A stretch of 59,930 bases of DNA from Fibrobacterales bacterium (GCA_051532055.1 JAOPTX010000053.1:1-59930); one strand, 5' to 3'; counted from the stretch's first letter, positions 1 to 10,754 are shown. Notes: generated by a model from the sequence alone, not told the origin. Numbers and translations are program-made.

Positions 1-20
1 GTTGCTGTTTGCGTCTCTCA

Positions 21-97
21 GCGCGGAGACAATAATACATTAAACGAAATACACCGTCAATAGAAATTGTTAAAATATTTTAAAATAATTTTTTTTT
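21..97 (-). promoter_or_regulatory. Sigma70-type promoter with GC-rich discriminator and A/T-rich UP region, probably for an rRNA/tRNA transcript outside the window
   Basis: Minus strand reads TTGACG (60-55), 17 nt, TATTAT (37-32), then TGTCTCCGCGC; A/T tracts at 61-97. Confidence 0.7.
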
Positions 98-112
98 GTT
101 GGTTGCCAGCGT

Positions 113-160
113 AAAAGCACCACATGTAGCACCCAGTAACACTAAAGGCACTACATGTGG
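113..160 (-). terminator. Hairpin downstream of miaA, putative intrinsic terminator
   Basis: Inverted repeat CCACATGTAG (120-129)/CTACATGTGG (151-160), followed by a short T-run on the minus strand. Confidence 0.5.
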
Positions 161-161
161 G

Positions 162-1061
162 TTATGAATTATTATTAGCCATTAACTCAACGCCCAATTC
201 AAGTGCTTTTTCGCTGAATGGATCCAAAATATGAGCCTCAAATTGATTTCTAAAAAACGTTAATTGTCTTTTAGCGTAATTTCGAGTCTCTTTTTTAATC
301 ATCTCAACTTCTAAATCAGCTATTTCAGGCCCTGAATCGGCAATTTGACGATATCCTATACTGTTAAAGCCGGGCAAATCAAGAGTCCCATAATAACTAT
401 AAAGATTTTGAACCTCTTTAAGCCAGCCATTTTCAAACATCGAATCTACCCTGAAGTTAATTCTTTCATAGAGAGCTTCTCTCTCTATAGACAACCAAAT
501 CATTGGTATTGAGCCAATTCCGCCCTCTTTGCTCTCTTTAAAGGAGGAAAATGCTAGACCGGTAATCTCATAGACCTCTAGGGCCCTTGTTACACGAATA
601 GTATCATTAGGGTGATATAATTTAAATGAAATAGGATCGATATCTTTCAATCGCTGATGAAATGGGACAATCCCATCCCGCTTTAGCTCACATTCTAATC
701 TAGATCGTCTCATAGTATCCGACGGAGGCGCAACCGAAACCCCTTCTATAAGAGACTTTACATATAGACCTGTTCCGCCTACAACAAGATATCGTGTTGA
801 GGGGTTTTTATCAACAAGCACTCGCACGTCATCAATAAACTTTTTTGCATTATACTGTTTATCTGCAGAGAGGAAGTCGAGTAGATGATGTCGAACTCCA
901 GCCATTTCTGTATCATCGATTTGACCGGTGCCAATTCGAAATCCTCGATACACCTGACGCGAATCAGCAGAAATTATTTCACAATTAAGTCGTTTGGCAA
1001 GCGATACTGCAAAGTGAGATTTACCCACTGCTGTTGCACCAACTATTGCACCCAATATCAT
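162..1061 (-). CDS. miaA: tRNA dimethylallyltransferase
   Basis: GATAVGKS P-loop, ISADSRQVYR, VVGGTGLY, RALEV and TRNYAKRQLTFF motifs. Confidence 0.96.
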   Translation of the reverse strand: MILGAIVGATAVGKSHFAVSLAKRLNCEIISADSRQVYRGFRIGTGQIDDTEMAGVRHHLLDFLSADKQYNAKKFIDDVRVLVDKNPSTRYLVVGGTGLYVKSLIEGVSVAPPSDTMRRSRLECELKRDGIVPFHQRLKDIDPISFKLYHPNDTIRVTRALEVYEITGLAFSSFKESKEGGIGSIPMIWLSIEREALYERINFRVDSMFENGWLKEVQNLYSYYGTLDLPGFNSIGYRQIADSGPEIADLEVEMIKKETRNYAKRQLTFFRNQFEAHILDPFSEKALELGVELMANNNS

Positions 1062-1116
1062 CTTTAGCCATAAAGGTTATGAACACCCCACGTAATCTAG
1101 TTATATTTTCAGCTGT

Positions 1117-2208
1117 ATGAATATATTAAAACGAATATCTGTAATTATTTCTTTGGTGCTCCTCTTTGCATTAGCAGGACACTACATCCCTTATCTCTTA
1201 AAGGTTGAGCCTACCCCTTTATTAAAGGAGTATCAATACCGTAAAAGAGATGTTAAAAAACACGAACTTGTCTACGCAACCCCTGACAGTACCCACTACT
1301 TAACACTCCTTGAAAGTGAATTTTCTCCACATAACGTCAAAACCAGAAGAGGCAAGCACACGTGGTTTTTAAGTAATGGAGTTGCACTCCCCGTACACGC
1401 CCTTGCATTTCAAAATGCAATCACAAAACACAATTGTACGGTGGACCAAGCAAAAGAAAGTAATAGAACACCCCGATCCCTTGCAACGATCTTTACCTGT
1501 CCCAATAAAAAAACATACAATGTGACTCTTAAAATAGGTGAAGCATTTACCGATGCAACAGCAAAAATCTCTATAGTTTTCCAAACAAAATCTCACATAC
1601 CCATTGGAGATATGAAGCTCCTTGATGACTTACACATCCCCTTTACCCTACTTATTGACCCATATTCAAGCAAAAAAACCATATTCTATGACATTAAAAA
1701 ACTACAATCTAAGTTTGAAACCGTTCTTCTTGTCCCTATGGAGCCAATACGATACCCCTATGTAAACCCAGGAAAACATGCTTTATATATTCATAACACC
1801 GAAAATGAGCTTGAAGAGAAACTTGATGATGCCTATTCGAAAATACCCAATGCCATTGGATTTGCCACTATAAATGGAACGCGCGCAATTGTTCATGACA
1901 AGCTACTCACCGCTATCCTTGGATACGCTGCCGACAAACAACATCTTTTTATTGACCTCACGAAATCTAGCAGAAGTAAAGCACCAGAAATCTGTTCCAC
2001 TCTTGACATTACTTGTCCAAAGATGAGACTCTATACCTTTGCCGACATGGACCGCTACCTCACTAAAAGTGTGAGCATAGCCCAAAAGAAAGGGGAACAC
2101 ACTATTGCCATTCCTCTCACAACCAAAAACTTACACGCAATCAAAAAAATTATTTCACAGAGTAATGAGACCGGAATTACCTTTGTAAAACTCTCATCTC
2201 TCTCTTAG
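1117..2208 (+). CDS. Divergent polysaccharide deacetylase family protein (YibQ-like) with N-terminal membrane anchor
   Basis: N-terminal hydrophobic helix; LLVPMEP..YP..NPG and FIDLTKS motifs. Confidence 0.7.
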   Translation: MNILKRISVIISLVLLFALAGHYIPYLLKVEPTPLLKEYQYRKRDVKKHELVYATPDSTHYLTLLESEFSPHNVKTRRGKHTWFLSNGVALPVHALAFQNAITKHNCTVDQAKESNRTPRSLATIFTCPNKKTYNVTLKIGEAFTDATAKISIVFQTKSHIPIGDMKLLDDLHIPFTLLIDPYSSKKTIFYDIKKLQSKFETVLLVPMEPIRYPYVNPGKHALYIHNTENELEEKLDDAYSKIPNAIGFATINGTRAIVHDKLLTAILGYAADKQHLFIDLTKSSRSKAPEICSTLDITCPKMRLYTFADMDRYLTKSVSIAQKKGEHTIAIPLTTKNLHAIKKIISQSNETGITFVKLSSLS

Positions 2209-2222
2209 AAAGGAGAACCCAT

Positions 2223-2957
2223 ATGTCAAAAAATCTCGGTGTAAACATAGACCATATTGCCACTATTCGCGAAGCAAGAAAGATTCGTGAACCCGATCCT
2301 ATAGCAGGAGCAGTTATAGCAGAACTTGCTGGCGCTGATGGCATTACCGTACATTTGCGCGAAGACAGGCGCCACATCCAAGAAAGAGATGTAAGGCTCC
2401 TTCGACAAACAGTACAAACTCATCTCAATTTAGAAATGGCTCCTACAGCAGCGATGGTACAAATTGCAATTTCGCTACTCCCTGATATGGTGACTCTTGT
2501 ACCAGAAAGCAGAGAAGAAATCACTACTGAAGGTGGACTCAATGTAGCTGGAAAAATTGATGAAATTAGTAAAGCTATTCAAGCCTTAAAAACACACGAC
2601 ATCGCCGTAAGCCTCTTTATTGATCCCGAAATTTCACAAGTTAAAGCAGCGAAAAAATCTGGTGCAGATTACATTGAAATTCACACCGGAGCTTTTGCCA
2701 ATGCCTATGATTTAGGTGAAGCCAAAGAGCTTGAACGAGAACTTATTCAGATTAAAGATCAAACGGTCCTCGCACAAAAATATGGGTTACGGGTTAATGC
2801 TGGCCATGGCCTGAATTATCAAAATGTAGGCTATATTGCAGCAATTGATGGCATTGAAGAACTTAATATCGGCCATTCAATAATTAGTCGCTCTGTTCTT
2901 GTAGGGCTCGATAGAGCTGTTAGAGAAATGAAAAGCGCTATCAGAGACGCAGAATAA
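2223..2957 (+). CDS. pdxJ: Pyridoxine 5'-phosphate synthase
   Basis: [29 protein letters not shown] and [17 protein letters not shown]. Confidence 0.98.
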   Translation: MSKNLGVNIDHIATIREARKIREPDPIAGAVIAELAGADGITVHLREDRRHIQERDVRLLRQTVQTHLNLEMAPTAAMVQIAISLLPDMVTLVPESREEITTEGGLNVAGKIDEISKAIQALKTHDIAVSLFIDPEISQVKAAKKSGADYIEIHTGAFANAYDLGEAKELERELIQIKDQTVLAQKYGLRVNAGHGLNYQNVGYIAAIDGIEELNIGHSIISRSVLVGLDRAVREMKSAIRDAE

Positions 2958-2965
2958 GAATTACC

Positions 2966-3006
2966 ACCTGAAAATGGGGGATCATTACCCCATTTCTAGG
3001 TATTTA
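2966..3006 (+). terminator. Hairpin after pdxJ, putative terminator
   Basis: AAATGGGG (2972-2979)/CCCCATTT (2988-2995) flanked by ACCT/AGGT. Confidence 0.45.
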
Positions 3007-3079
3007 ACCCAAGTACATGGTTCAACCCCTCAAATTGTGATATACTACTAGGAAGTCATATCCCCATAAGAGTTGTGTA

Positions 3080-3247
3080 ATGCCAATATCATTACAAACA
3101 CCAGTTCCCACTTTTTGTTTATTAATAATTGCCTGCACCCACTTTCTATTTACAGAACAATACCCCACACAAGAAATCACACTCGTATCTTCATACACCA
3201 CAGCAGGCACAAGCGACATTTCCGCACGCCTTACTCTACGAAACTAA
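3080..3247 (+). pseudogene. 55-aa relic resembling the N-terminus of a TctC/Bug tripartite tricarboxylate transporter binding protein
   Basis: Hand translation MPISLQ...LLIIACTHFLFTEQYPTQEITLVSSYTTAGTSDISARLTLRN*; resembles the YP..PITLIVP..AGG.TD..ARL motif. Confidence 0.4.
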
Positions 3248-3290
3248 AAAACAGGAAGAGATGAAGCTGTATGGGCACGGAATTCCCCGA

Positions 3291-4472
3291 TTATATAAAA
3301 TGAGTCGTAACAAGTTTCACATACTTCTTTTCTAGCAGAGCCCCCAGCCTTTTAACAATATTTTTGCGTAAATCGAGGTCAGATAAGAAACGAGGATCTT
3401 GGTGTGCCTCATTAACTTTGGTCCCCACAAGAAATGTTATGCTATCTGACTCAATAATCTGTTTTCTCAATCTCCCTAAAACACTACTGGGCAAAACCGT
3501 CCCAGTGAAATCGCCCTCAAGAAGATCGATTAACCGCGAAAGAGTGATACACCCTTCGGTCACTAGCTCAAAACCAGAAAGCAGTGATGCCGGAGGCACC
3601 AGCCCACCTGTTTCATACTCCGCCATCTTAAGGGGTTTATTCATTTGAAAAGCCACTATATTTGCAGTAGTCCCACCACATATAATCTTAGCACCTTCGA
3701 ATTCATTGATAGATGTCATTAACTCCGAATCTCTACTCTTGTCATGGGGAGGTCCCGACACAACCAATAATTTTCGAGCACTTCTAAAATAATGCACAAG
3801 ACAACTGGTATCATCCTTTGGGCTACCCGCATCAATTGAGTTAGACTTTGTAACAATTGCTTGTGACAGATCTCGCGATGACATATCTCTATTTTTAGTC
3901 AGTTCGGTCTGAATATAATCTATAGGCAACTGCTCCCCCCAACCAAAAGGATAGTTACTCGTTCCGATACCCGCCTGAGTCACCCCATCAGAATAAGCCA
4001 CAATACGATCCCCTCGTGAAGCCCTAAAGGAATAGTAAGACACTCTATTTTCATAAGTATTTTTCGTATCAAACTCAATGTATTGCCTCGTCAGAGGTAA
4101 CAATTTACCCGCTCTAAGGACCAATGACGAAGGCGTAGAATACTCGATCACTTGCACAAAACCATCAGACCGGATATCAAAGACTATGAACGTTGAATAG
4201 GCTATTTTTCTGACACTACACTCGGGTAGTGTCTTCATAATTGTTTCGGCCACCTGTCGGATATCCATTTCACTTGATACACATTTTATCGCCATGGCAC
4301 TCGTCATAGAAGAGAGAACATTTGCCTTGATCCCACTCCCTAATCCATCGGCAAGTACTGATATAATCCGGTCTTCCGCCTTAATACACTCAACTAATAT
4401 CGTATCACCACATACGGCATTATTATTTTTATTAACACTACACCAATCAACTTCTACATGATACTCCTTCAT
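3291..4472 (-). CDS. SpoIIE/PP2C-family serine phosphatase, HfsC-like (hydrogenase-associated)
   Basis: VCGD, LADGLGSGIKAN, YSDGV and KDDTS PP2C motifs; C-terminal ICGGTTANI...VTEG domain; directly after the sensory hydrogenase. Confidence 0.88.
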   Translation of the reverse strand: MKEYHVEVDWCSVNKNNNAVCGDTILVECIKAEDRIISVLADGLGSGIKANVLSSMTSAMAIKCVSSEMDIRQVAETIMKTLPECSVRKIAYSTFIVFDIRSDGFVQVIEYSTPSSLVLRAGKLLPLTRQYIEFDTKNTYENRVSYYSFRASRGDRIVAYSDGVTQAGIGTSNYPFGWGEQLPIDYIQTELTKNRDMSSRDLSQAIVTKSNSIDAGSPKDDTSCLVHYFRSARKLLVVSGPPHDKSRDSELMTSINEFEGAKIICGGTTANIVAFQMNKPLKMAEYETGGLVPPASLLSGFELVTEGCITLSRLIDLLEGDFTGTVLPSSVLGRLRKQIIESDSITFLVGTKVNEAHQDPRFLSDLDLRKNIVKRLGALLEKKYVKLVTTHFI

Positions 4473-4475
4473 ACC

Positions 4476-6194
4476 TTACTCAATCATTTCACTCTTTTGA
4501 GGTGAATATGCCTGAGCAATGGTCCGTAACATAATTTCTGATTCCGCAGCATTCTCGCCGAGCAAAAAGGCAATTTGCTGTACCGCTTTACTCGTCTTAT
4601 GAATGATCTCTTCAGCGCTTTTGACAATACGTTTTTGCTGGACAACAGGTTCAGTCACATCTTCAATTATCGCACCAACTAACTCTCCAGATTCAATGGT
4701 AAAGAGTGTAAGACTGTATACCTTGTTGTTATAGCTAATATCTTTTTCGACCAAACCACCATCCCCATTAAACATCGACTGAAAATAATGATAGAACGGA
4801 ACTTTTTTAACCAAAGAGACCCCTTCTACCGTCCCTAACGTATTATAAATTTCGGCCATATCTCCACCCAGCATATCAACACACCTTTTATTCGACTCTA
4901 CAATCTTTAATTCATTATCTACTATCATTATACCTGATGGAATTGATTGAATGAGCGCGTGAGCTTTTCTTTGTGCTCTTTTTCTCATGTATGATACACA
5001 CATCTCCCTTTCAGCTTTTTCAGTTACCACCGCCTCTACAAAACTCCGACAACTATCGTATCCACACCCACTACAATCAAGCTCATCTTCAGGTGTTGTT
5101 TTTCCGATACTCGAAAGGGTTTTCATAATCGTAGACTGGCTATATTTATGATGTACCACCGGCAAGGGAATACGATCACAGTTGACGAATGTACTATTGC
5201 TCGGCTGAAAGCTCTTTCCGCCTGTATTACTTCTTTCAAGATTTTGATGTAACAGGCTTTTTAGAACCATTGAATCTCGATCTTTGGCGAGAGGCCCCCG
5301 CAAACAGCCCCCATCACATGCGAGAAGCTCAACAAAAAGTGGATTTTCACTAAAGCTCTGTAAGGATTCAAGCACTGAAATGACCGTTTTGGGGCCAGAA
5401 TATGAAACACCCTGAAATCCATACCCTTCGAGAAAAGGCATGCCTTTAAGCATTCCTCCCTCTTGGGGATAATAGACACCTTCTTGTGCTGTGGCAGCCA
5501 TTTCTGTATTTTCTCTACCAATGCAAGATAGAGCTTCTTGAAGAGGTCTTTGTTCAATTAAACATTGTAACTCTTCAAACCCAAGCACAGCATCTACCGC
5601 CGAATCTTCTGCAGCAGCCTCATACTTCTTTGCAATGCATGGCCCCACAAAAACTACTGCAATGTCATCCCCATACTTCTCTTTGAGTAAACGCGCATGA
5701 ATCTCCATTGGTGACACATACTGAGATAGATACGGCATAAGGTGTGGAAAATATTTTTGTACCAACACCACCACTGACGGACACGCAGCGCTTATAATTA
5801 ATGATTTTTTATTTTTAAGTTCCTCTTCATAAATCGTATTTAAAACATCCGCCCCTGTCGCAGTTTCTGAAACAGCTACAAAACCAATTGATTTACAAAC
5901 ATCAAATAATTGTTTTTTTGTGTATTGAGTAAATTCAGACACATAACTTGGCGCAATTGAGAGTATTACCTGAGTCGTATCCAGATATTCATTAACCACA
6001 GCTATTTCGGACCTTACTCGCTTTGCACTCGGAGGGCAAACAAGATAACACTCACCACAGTAAAGACATTGATCATCAAGTATCTCCGCCTTACCATCAT
6101 CTATCTTTATTGCCTTAACAGGGCATGCACGAACACACTTATAACAGTCTCTACACTCAACTAATTCCGTATAAATTGGCTTTGAATTTTTCAT
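4476..6194 (-). CDS. Group C sensory [FeFe]-hydrogenase (HydS/HfsB-like) with 2x[4Fe-4S], FeS and PAS domains
   Basis: Two CxxCxxCxxxCP motifs; variant H-cluster motifs SAACP, GPCIAKKYEA, ELLACDGGC; DCSGCGYDSC; C-terminal PAS (IPSGIMIVD). Confidence 0.9.
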   Translation of the reverse strand: MKNSKPIYTELVECRDCYKCVRACPVKAIKIDDGKAEILDDQCLYCGECYLVCPPSAKRVRSEIAVVNEYLDTTQVILSIAPSYVSEFTQYTKKQLFDVCKSIGFVAVSETATGADVLNTIYEEELKNKKSLIISAACPSVVVLVQKYFPHLMPYLSQYVSPMEIHARLLKEKYGDDIAVVFVGPCIAKKYEAAAEDSAVDAVLGFEELQCLIEQRPLQEALSCIGRENTEMAATAQEGVYYPQEGGMLKGMPFLEGYGFQGVSYSGPKTVISVLESLQSFSENPLFVELLACDGGCLRGPLAKDRDSMVLKSLLHQNLERSNTGGKSFQPSNSTFVNCDRIPLPVVHHKYSQSTIMKTLSSIGKTTPEDELDCSGCGYDSCRSFVEAVVTEKAEREMCVSYMRKRAQRKAHALIQSIPSGIMIVDNELKIVESNKRCVDMLGGDMAEIYNTLGTVEGVSLVKKVPFYHYFQSMFNGDGGLVEKDISYNNKVYSLTLFTIESGELVGAIIEDVTEPVVQQKRIVKSAEEIIHKTSKAVQQIAFLLGENAAESEIMLRTIAQAYSPQKSEMIE

Positions 6195-6421
6195 AGACGT
6201 TCTTGAATGTAATCAATCAATTGATCTGGATTTGAAACGAGAACCTCAGTACCATCTAAATAAATATTTGGCCCTCCACTACAATATTCGCAACAGAGCT
6301 CTCCCTTCACTTCCAGTGCTTCACAAGAGTGCTCGAGTATAAACCCTTGCACTCTTGTGAGCATTTTATCATTGCCACGAGCAAAACATGCACTTCCCAT
6401 ACAGAGCACCAATTGTTTCAT
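6191..6421 (-). CDS. Thioredoxin-like [2Fe-2S] ferredoxin, HfsA-like
   Basis: LCMGSACFARGN and LCCEYCSGGPN; ATGA overlap with the downstream gene. Confidence 0.85.
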   Translation of the reverse strand: MKQLVLCMGSACFARGNDKMLTRVQGFILEHSCEALEVKGELCCEYCSGGPNIYLDGTEVLVSNPDQLIDYIQERL

Positions 6422-6431
6422 ACGTCATTCC

Positions 6432-8150
6432 TTATATTTCTCTCGGTGTATACGTTGTGTGAAATATATCATGCGCAGCATGGCCACCAATACTTCCCAC
6501 ATGCTTTTCGTACAACGATGCCGCATACATATTCTCTTGGGGCTTATGTAGCTGACTCGTAGCATCTGCGTTGTAGAGTGCATCTTTTCGTTTAATAATA
6601 TGATCAAGGCTCTCTGGTACCGGCTGACCAGCCCCTCCCACACAACCATTAGGACATGACATTACCTCTACAATATGATAGGGTGACTCGCCCGCCTTGA
6701 TTTCTTCACATACTTTTTTGGCATTACCCAAGCCATGAACAATTGCAAGACGAATTTCATTACTACCGATAGTAATTGATGCTTCACGGAGACCTTCATT
6801 ACCGCGCACTTCATCAAATACTATCTGTTCGTTAGTCTTGCCCGTAAGCTTCTCTTGTACATACCTTAATACCGCTTCGCTCACACCACCACTATTTCCA
6901 AAGAGTACTGCACCCCCTGTTTTGAAGCCAAGGGGCAGATCGATAGAAGAGGGAGTAAGAGATGCACAGTCTATTCCTGCTTGTTTGAACATATCTCCAA
7001 GCTCTTTTGTTGTAACGACATAATCGGTATCTTGGAACCCGTCTTTTGATAATTCAGGGCGATCAGCTTCAAACTTTTTGGCCGAACAGGGCATTATTGC
7101 AACTGTTACCATATCTTTACGCGCAATTGAATCCTCTTTATTATGATATTCTTTAATCATTGAACTCATCATTCCTTGAGGAGATTTACAGCTCGATAGA
7201 TTGGGGAGCACCTCATGATAATTATGCTCTACATATTTGACCCATGCAGGACAGCACGATGTCATTATAGGGAGTACTCCATCATTTTCGATACGACTAA
7301 TACACTCAGTTCCTTCTTCCCATACCGTCATATCAGCACCAAAGGAGGTATCATAGACTTTATCAAATCCAAGCATTCTCAGACCTGTAACAATTCTACC
7401 GACAATGTCATCTTGTGGCCCTAAGTTAAACATCTCTCCAAAAGCCGCTCGAACGGCGGGCGCAATGTGTGCGTATACTGTTTTGGAACCATCTGATAAA
7501 GTATTCCATACATCATTATTTTGTGATTTTATGTTTATCCCATCAGTTGGGCACACGCGAGCGCACTGCCCACAATAAACACACTCAACTTCACTCATCT
7601 TTTTCCCGAATACTGGCTGGACTACACACTCTGATCCTCGATACGCAAAGTCAATCGCCCCAATCCCCTGTACCTCTTTACAATACCGAACACAATCACC
7701 ACACAAAATACATTTGTTTGGATTTCGCGTGACCGGCGCACTGTCATCAATGGGATGCTTGGGAGTATTTTGTTTATACCGAATTGACTCAACACCTACC
7801 TTAGCAGATATTTCTCTTAATTTACAGTCACTATTTTTACTACAAGAAGTACAGTTATTATCATGATTAGCAAGTAACAGTTCAAGAGATATTTTTCTCA
7901 TTTCTCGTAATTCTGCAGTATTAGTTTTAACGACCATCCCATCTTTAGGGGCTATAGAGCACGAGGCCTGAACTGATTGACCATTGAGTTCAACGACACA
8001 AAGCCTGCAGGCCCCATAGATGCTCAGTTCTGAGTGGTAACAAAATGTAGGAAGATCGACATTACCTTTACGAATTATTTCTAAGACATTTCTCTCATTA
8101 TCTATCGGTACTTTTAAAGTATCTACTGTCACAAATCCTTTATTACTCAT
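6432..8150 (-). CDS. hydA: Group A3 [FeFe]-hydrogenase catalytic subunit
   Basis: H-cluster motifs TSCCPAW, MPCSAKKFEA, EVMSCPNGCVGGAGQP; N-terminal 2Fe-2S, HxxxCxxC and 2x[4Fe-4S]. Confidence 0.95.
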   Translation of the reverse strand: MSNKGFVTVDTLKVPIDNERNVLEIIRKGNVDLPTFCYHSELSIYGACRLCVVELNGQSVQASCSIAPKDGMVVKTNTAELREMRKISLELLLANHDNNCTSCSKNSDCKLREISAKVGVESIRYKQNTPKHPIDDSAPVTRNPNKCILCGDCVRYCKEVQGIGAIDFAYRGSECVVQPVFGKKMSEVECVYCGQCARVCPTDGINIKSQNNDVWNTLSDGSKTVYAHIAPAVRAAFGEMFNLGPQDDIVGRIVTGLRMLGFDKVYDTSFGADMTVWEEGTECISRIENDGVLPIMTSCCPAWVKYVEHNYHEVLPNLSSCKSPQGMMSSMIKEYHNKEDSIARKDMVTVAIMPCSAKKFEADRPELSKDGFQDTDYVVTTKELGDMFKQAGIDCASLTPSSIDLPLGFKTGGAVLFGNSGGVSEAVLRYVQEKLTGKTNEQIVFDEVRGNEGLREASITIGSNEIRLAIVHGLGNAKKVCEEIKAGESPYHIVEVMSCPNGCVGGAGQPVPESLDHIIKRKDALYNADATSQLHKPQENMYAASLYEKHVGSIGGHAAHDIFHTTYTPREI

Positions 8151-10078
8151 GCTCCCACTCCTACAATTGCTTCAAATTTACACGCTGCAGCACATGCCGC
8201 ACATTTTATACATTTTTCTGCATCTATCACATGCACTTCTTTTTTCTCGCCAGAGATCGCATCCACAGGACACTTCTTTTTACACACTCTACAACCAATG
8301 CACTTATCTGCCAGAATTTCTGGGTCAGCAAGGGCTGCACATTTTCCTGCTACACATTTGCCATCAACAATATGAGTGACAATTTCATCATAAAAGGTTT
8401 CTAACGTTGATAACACAGGGTTAGGAGCTGTTTTACCCAGTCCACACAGTGACCCCTTCTTAACGGCACCTGCCAAGTCTTTTAAAACAACAAGGTCTTC
8501 CATTTGAGCAGTACCTTCAGTAATGTCTGTCAGAATTGCAAGCATCTGCTTAGTGCCCTCTCTACAGAGTACGCACTTACCACACGACTCTGTCTGGGTA
8601 AACTCCATAAAAAACTTTGCAATTTTCACCATACAGGTATCAGTGTTCATAACAACAAGACCACCAGAACCTACCATCGCTCCAATCCCTATAAGCGAAT
8701 CAAAGTCAAGAGGTAAATCGAGGTCCTTTTCTGTTAAACACGCCCCTGAAGGTCCTCCAATTTGAACCGCTTTAAATTTACTATTATCCACTAAACCATC
8801 GGTACCCGTAACCCCACCGCCAATATCAAATATTATTTTTCGCAGAGTGACTCCAAACGGCACCTCTATGAGACCTGTGTTTACCACATGCCCCGTAAGA
8901 GCAAAAGTTTTTGTCCCCGGAGAGCCTTCTGTTCCTACCGCTCTATAGGCTTCGACTCCTCCATTAAGAATCAATGGTACCGATGCGAGGGTTTCTACAT
9001 TATTAATAACTGTTGGTTTTCCGAACAGACCTTTTTCTGCTGGGAAAGGTGGCTTCGGTTTTGGCATTCCTCTTTTACCTTCAATAGAGGCGATTAAGGC
9101 TGTCTCTTCACCGCATACGAATGCCCCTGCCCCTTCCATTACTTTAACCGTAAAATCGAAATCAGTACCAAAGAGATCACAACCCAATACTCCGAGCGCT
9201 TCTGCATCTTCAATAGCACGTTCAAGACGAGTAACCGCTAGTGGGTATTCAGCACGAACATAAATATATCCTTCGCTTGCCCCAATCGCTTTTGCAGTAA
9301 TCATCATACCTTCTATTACCGCATGGGGATTACCCTCCATGATACTTCGATCCATAAATGCACCAGGATCACCTTCATCACCATTACAGATCACATATTT
9401 TACTTCACTATTCTGGATACGAGTAAGATCCCATTTTGTTCCTGTTTTAAACCCACCACCACCTCGGCCACGAAGCCCTGATGCAATCATAGTTTTACAT
9501 ATTTCTAGATCTGCCATGACACTAATAGCTTTCCGAGCAGCAAAGTACCCTCCTTGTGCGATATACTCTTCTATACTCGCAGGATCTACACCCCCACACC
9601 CCTTTAATATTGTGCGCGTTTGCTGACTATAAAAAGGAACATCATTTTGCCCTTTACAGTTTTTGCCATCAGCATCGGTATACAATAGTCTCTCTATTAC
9701 TTCTCCATTCATCAGTGTCTTTTCTACCAGCTCAGTCACATCTTCAACTGCTACTTTTGTATAAAGAATATCATCAGGGCTTATAGTCACCAGGGGCCCC
9801 ATTTGACAAAACCCTTGACATCCACTTTCTGATAATAATAACGAGCCATTCGTTGGTTCTTCTTTCATCTCTACTACAACAGATATATTGAGCTCCGCAC
9901 ATTGTTTCTGAATTTCTGCGTACACTTTAAGAGCACCACTTGCGATACATCCGGTACCTGCACAGATCATCACTCTCTTCTTAATATTTTTGTTGTACGT
10001 ATTATATTGATCCTCATACCATTCGAGATCAATGTTCTTTTTCAGGTTCTGTTCTGCTGTCTTTACCATATTATCCAT
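8147..10078 (-). CDS. hydB: NuoF-like FMN/NADH-binding hydrogenase beta subunit
   Basis: GRGGGGF, CNGDEGDPGAFMDR, GAGAFVCGEETAL, CGKCVLCREG and C-terminal 2x[4Fe-4S]; start placed at ATG 10078 after GGAAGGAG. Confidence 0.93.
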   Translation of the reverse strand: MDNMVKTAEQNLKKNIDLEWYEDQYNTYNKNIKKRVMICAGTGCIASGALKVYAEIQKQCAELNISVVVEMKEEPTNGSLLLSESGCQGFCQMGPLVTISPDDILYTKVAVEDVTELVEKTLMNGEVIERLLYTDADGKNCKGQNDVPFYSQQTRTILKGCGGVDPASIEEYIAQGGYFAARKAISVMADLEICKTMIASGLRGRGGGGFKTGTKWDLTRIQNSEVKYVICNGDEGDPGAFMDRSIMEGNPHAVIEGMMITAKAIGASEGYIYVRAEYPLAVTRLERAIEDAEALGVLGCDLFGTDFDFTVKVMEGAGAFVCGEETALIASIEGKRGMPKPKPPFPAEKGLFGKPTVINNVETLASVPLILNGGVEAYRAVGTEGSPGTKTFALTGHVVNTGLIEVPFGVTLRKIIFDIGGGVTGTDGLVDNSKFKAVQIGGPSGACLTEKDLDLPLDFDSLIGIGAMVGSGGLVVMNTDTCMVKIAKFFMEFTQTESCGKCVLCREGTKQMLAILTDITEGTAQMEDLVVLKDLAGAVKKGSLCGLGKTAPNPVLSTLETFYDEIVTHIVDGKCVAGKCAALADPEILADKCIGCRVCKKKCPVDAISGEKKEVHVIDAEKCIKCAACAAACKFEAIVGVGA

Positions 10079-10580
10079 TCTCCTTCCCCACATTTTTTAA
10101 CACTGACTGAACCAGTGCAACACTCTCTTCAGGATTCATCTGTCCGTGAACATCATCGTTAATCATCAATACTGGAGCCAATCCACAAGCTCCTATACAT
10201 GCCACTGCCTCTACAGTTAACTTCATATCAGGCGTCGTATTTTCTTCCGAGGTGAGCTCAAGTTTTTTATACAAAGCATCCAGTATATCTTGAGAGCCTT
10301 TTACATTACACGCAGTTCCATTACATACTCGTACAACAGTCTCACCTTTTGGTTTGAGAGCAAAATGCCCATAGAAAGAGGCTACACCAAATACATTAGC
10401 AGGAGATGTATTAATTTTAATAGCAATCTCTTTTAAAACATCTTTGGGGAGCCATCGATACTCTCGCTGCACTGCCTGCAATATTGGGATCAGTTTTCTT
10501 TTATCGTAGCTGTAAGTATTAAGAATTTCTTCTAATTTCTCTTTTTTCGTTTCTTGACAACTGCATGTTGTTTCGACCAT
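10071..10580 (-). CDS. hydC: NuoE-like [2Fe-2S] hydrogenase gamma subunit
   Basis: LIPILQAVQ, GVASFY, VCNGTAC and CIGACGLAP. Confidence 0.93.
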   Translation of the reverse strand: MVETTCSCQETKKEKLEEILNTYSYDKRKLIPILQAVQREYRWLPKDVLKEIAIKINTSPANVFGVASFYGHFALKPKGETVVRVCNGTACNVKGSQDILDALYKKLELTSEENTTPDMKLTVEAVACIGACGLAPVLMINDDVHGQMNPEESVALVQSVLKNVGKENG

Positions 10581-10723
10581 AATTCAATTCCTTCTCTCAT
10601 TCATTACTCACTTTTGTCGAGTAACTATTACCGGGGACCCTATTCGATATTTTTATATCGATATATAATTATCGATAAAATTAACTCACACACAACACAT
10701 CTCCAACCTAAAAAGCCCTCAAT

Positions 10724-10754
10724 GCGTTATTTTGGTAACGTTAGTTTGTAACAA
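10724..10754. promoter_or_regulatory. Candidate Rex operator(s)
   Basis: Palindrome CGTTA-N6-TAACG (10725-10740) keeps the GTTA-N6-TAAC core of the TTGTTAA-N4-TTAACAA type Rex box; adjacent GTTA-N5-TAACAA. Confidence 0.35.

Noticed and set aside
8147..10580. Annotation as respiratory complex I nuoE/nuoF
   Set aside because: The adjacent subunit has a complete H-cluster and no membrane nuo genes are present
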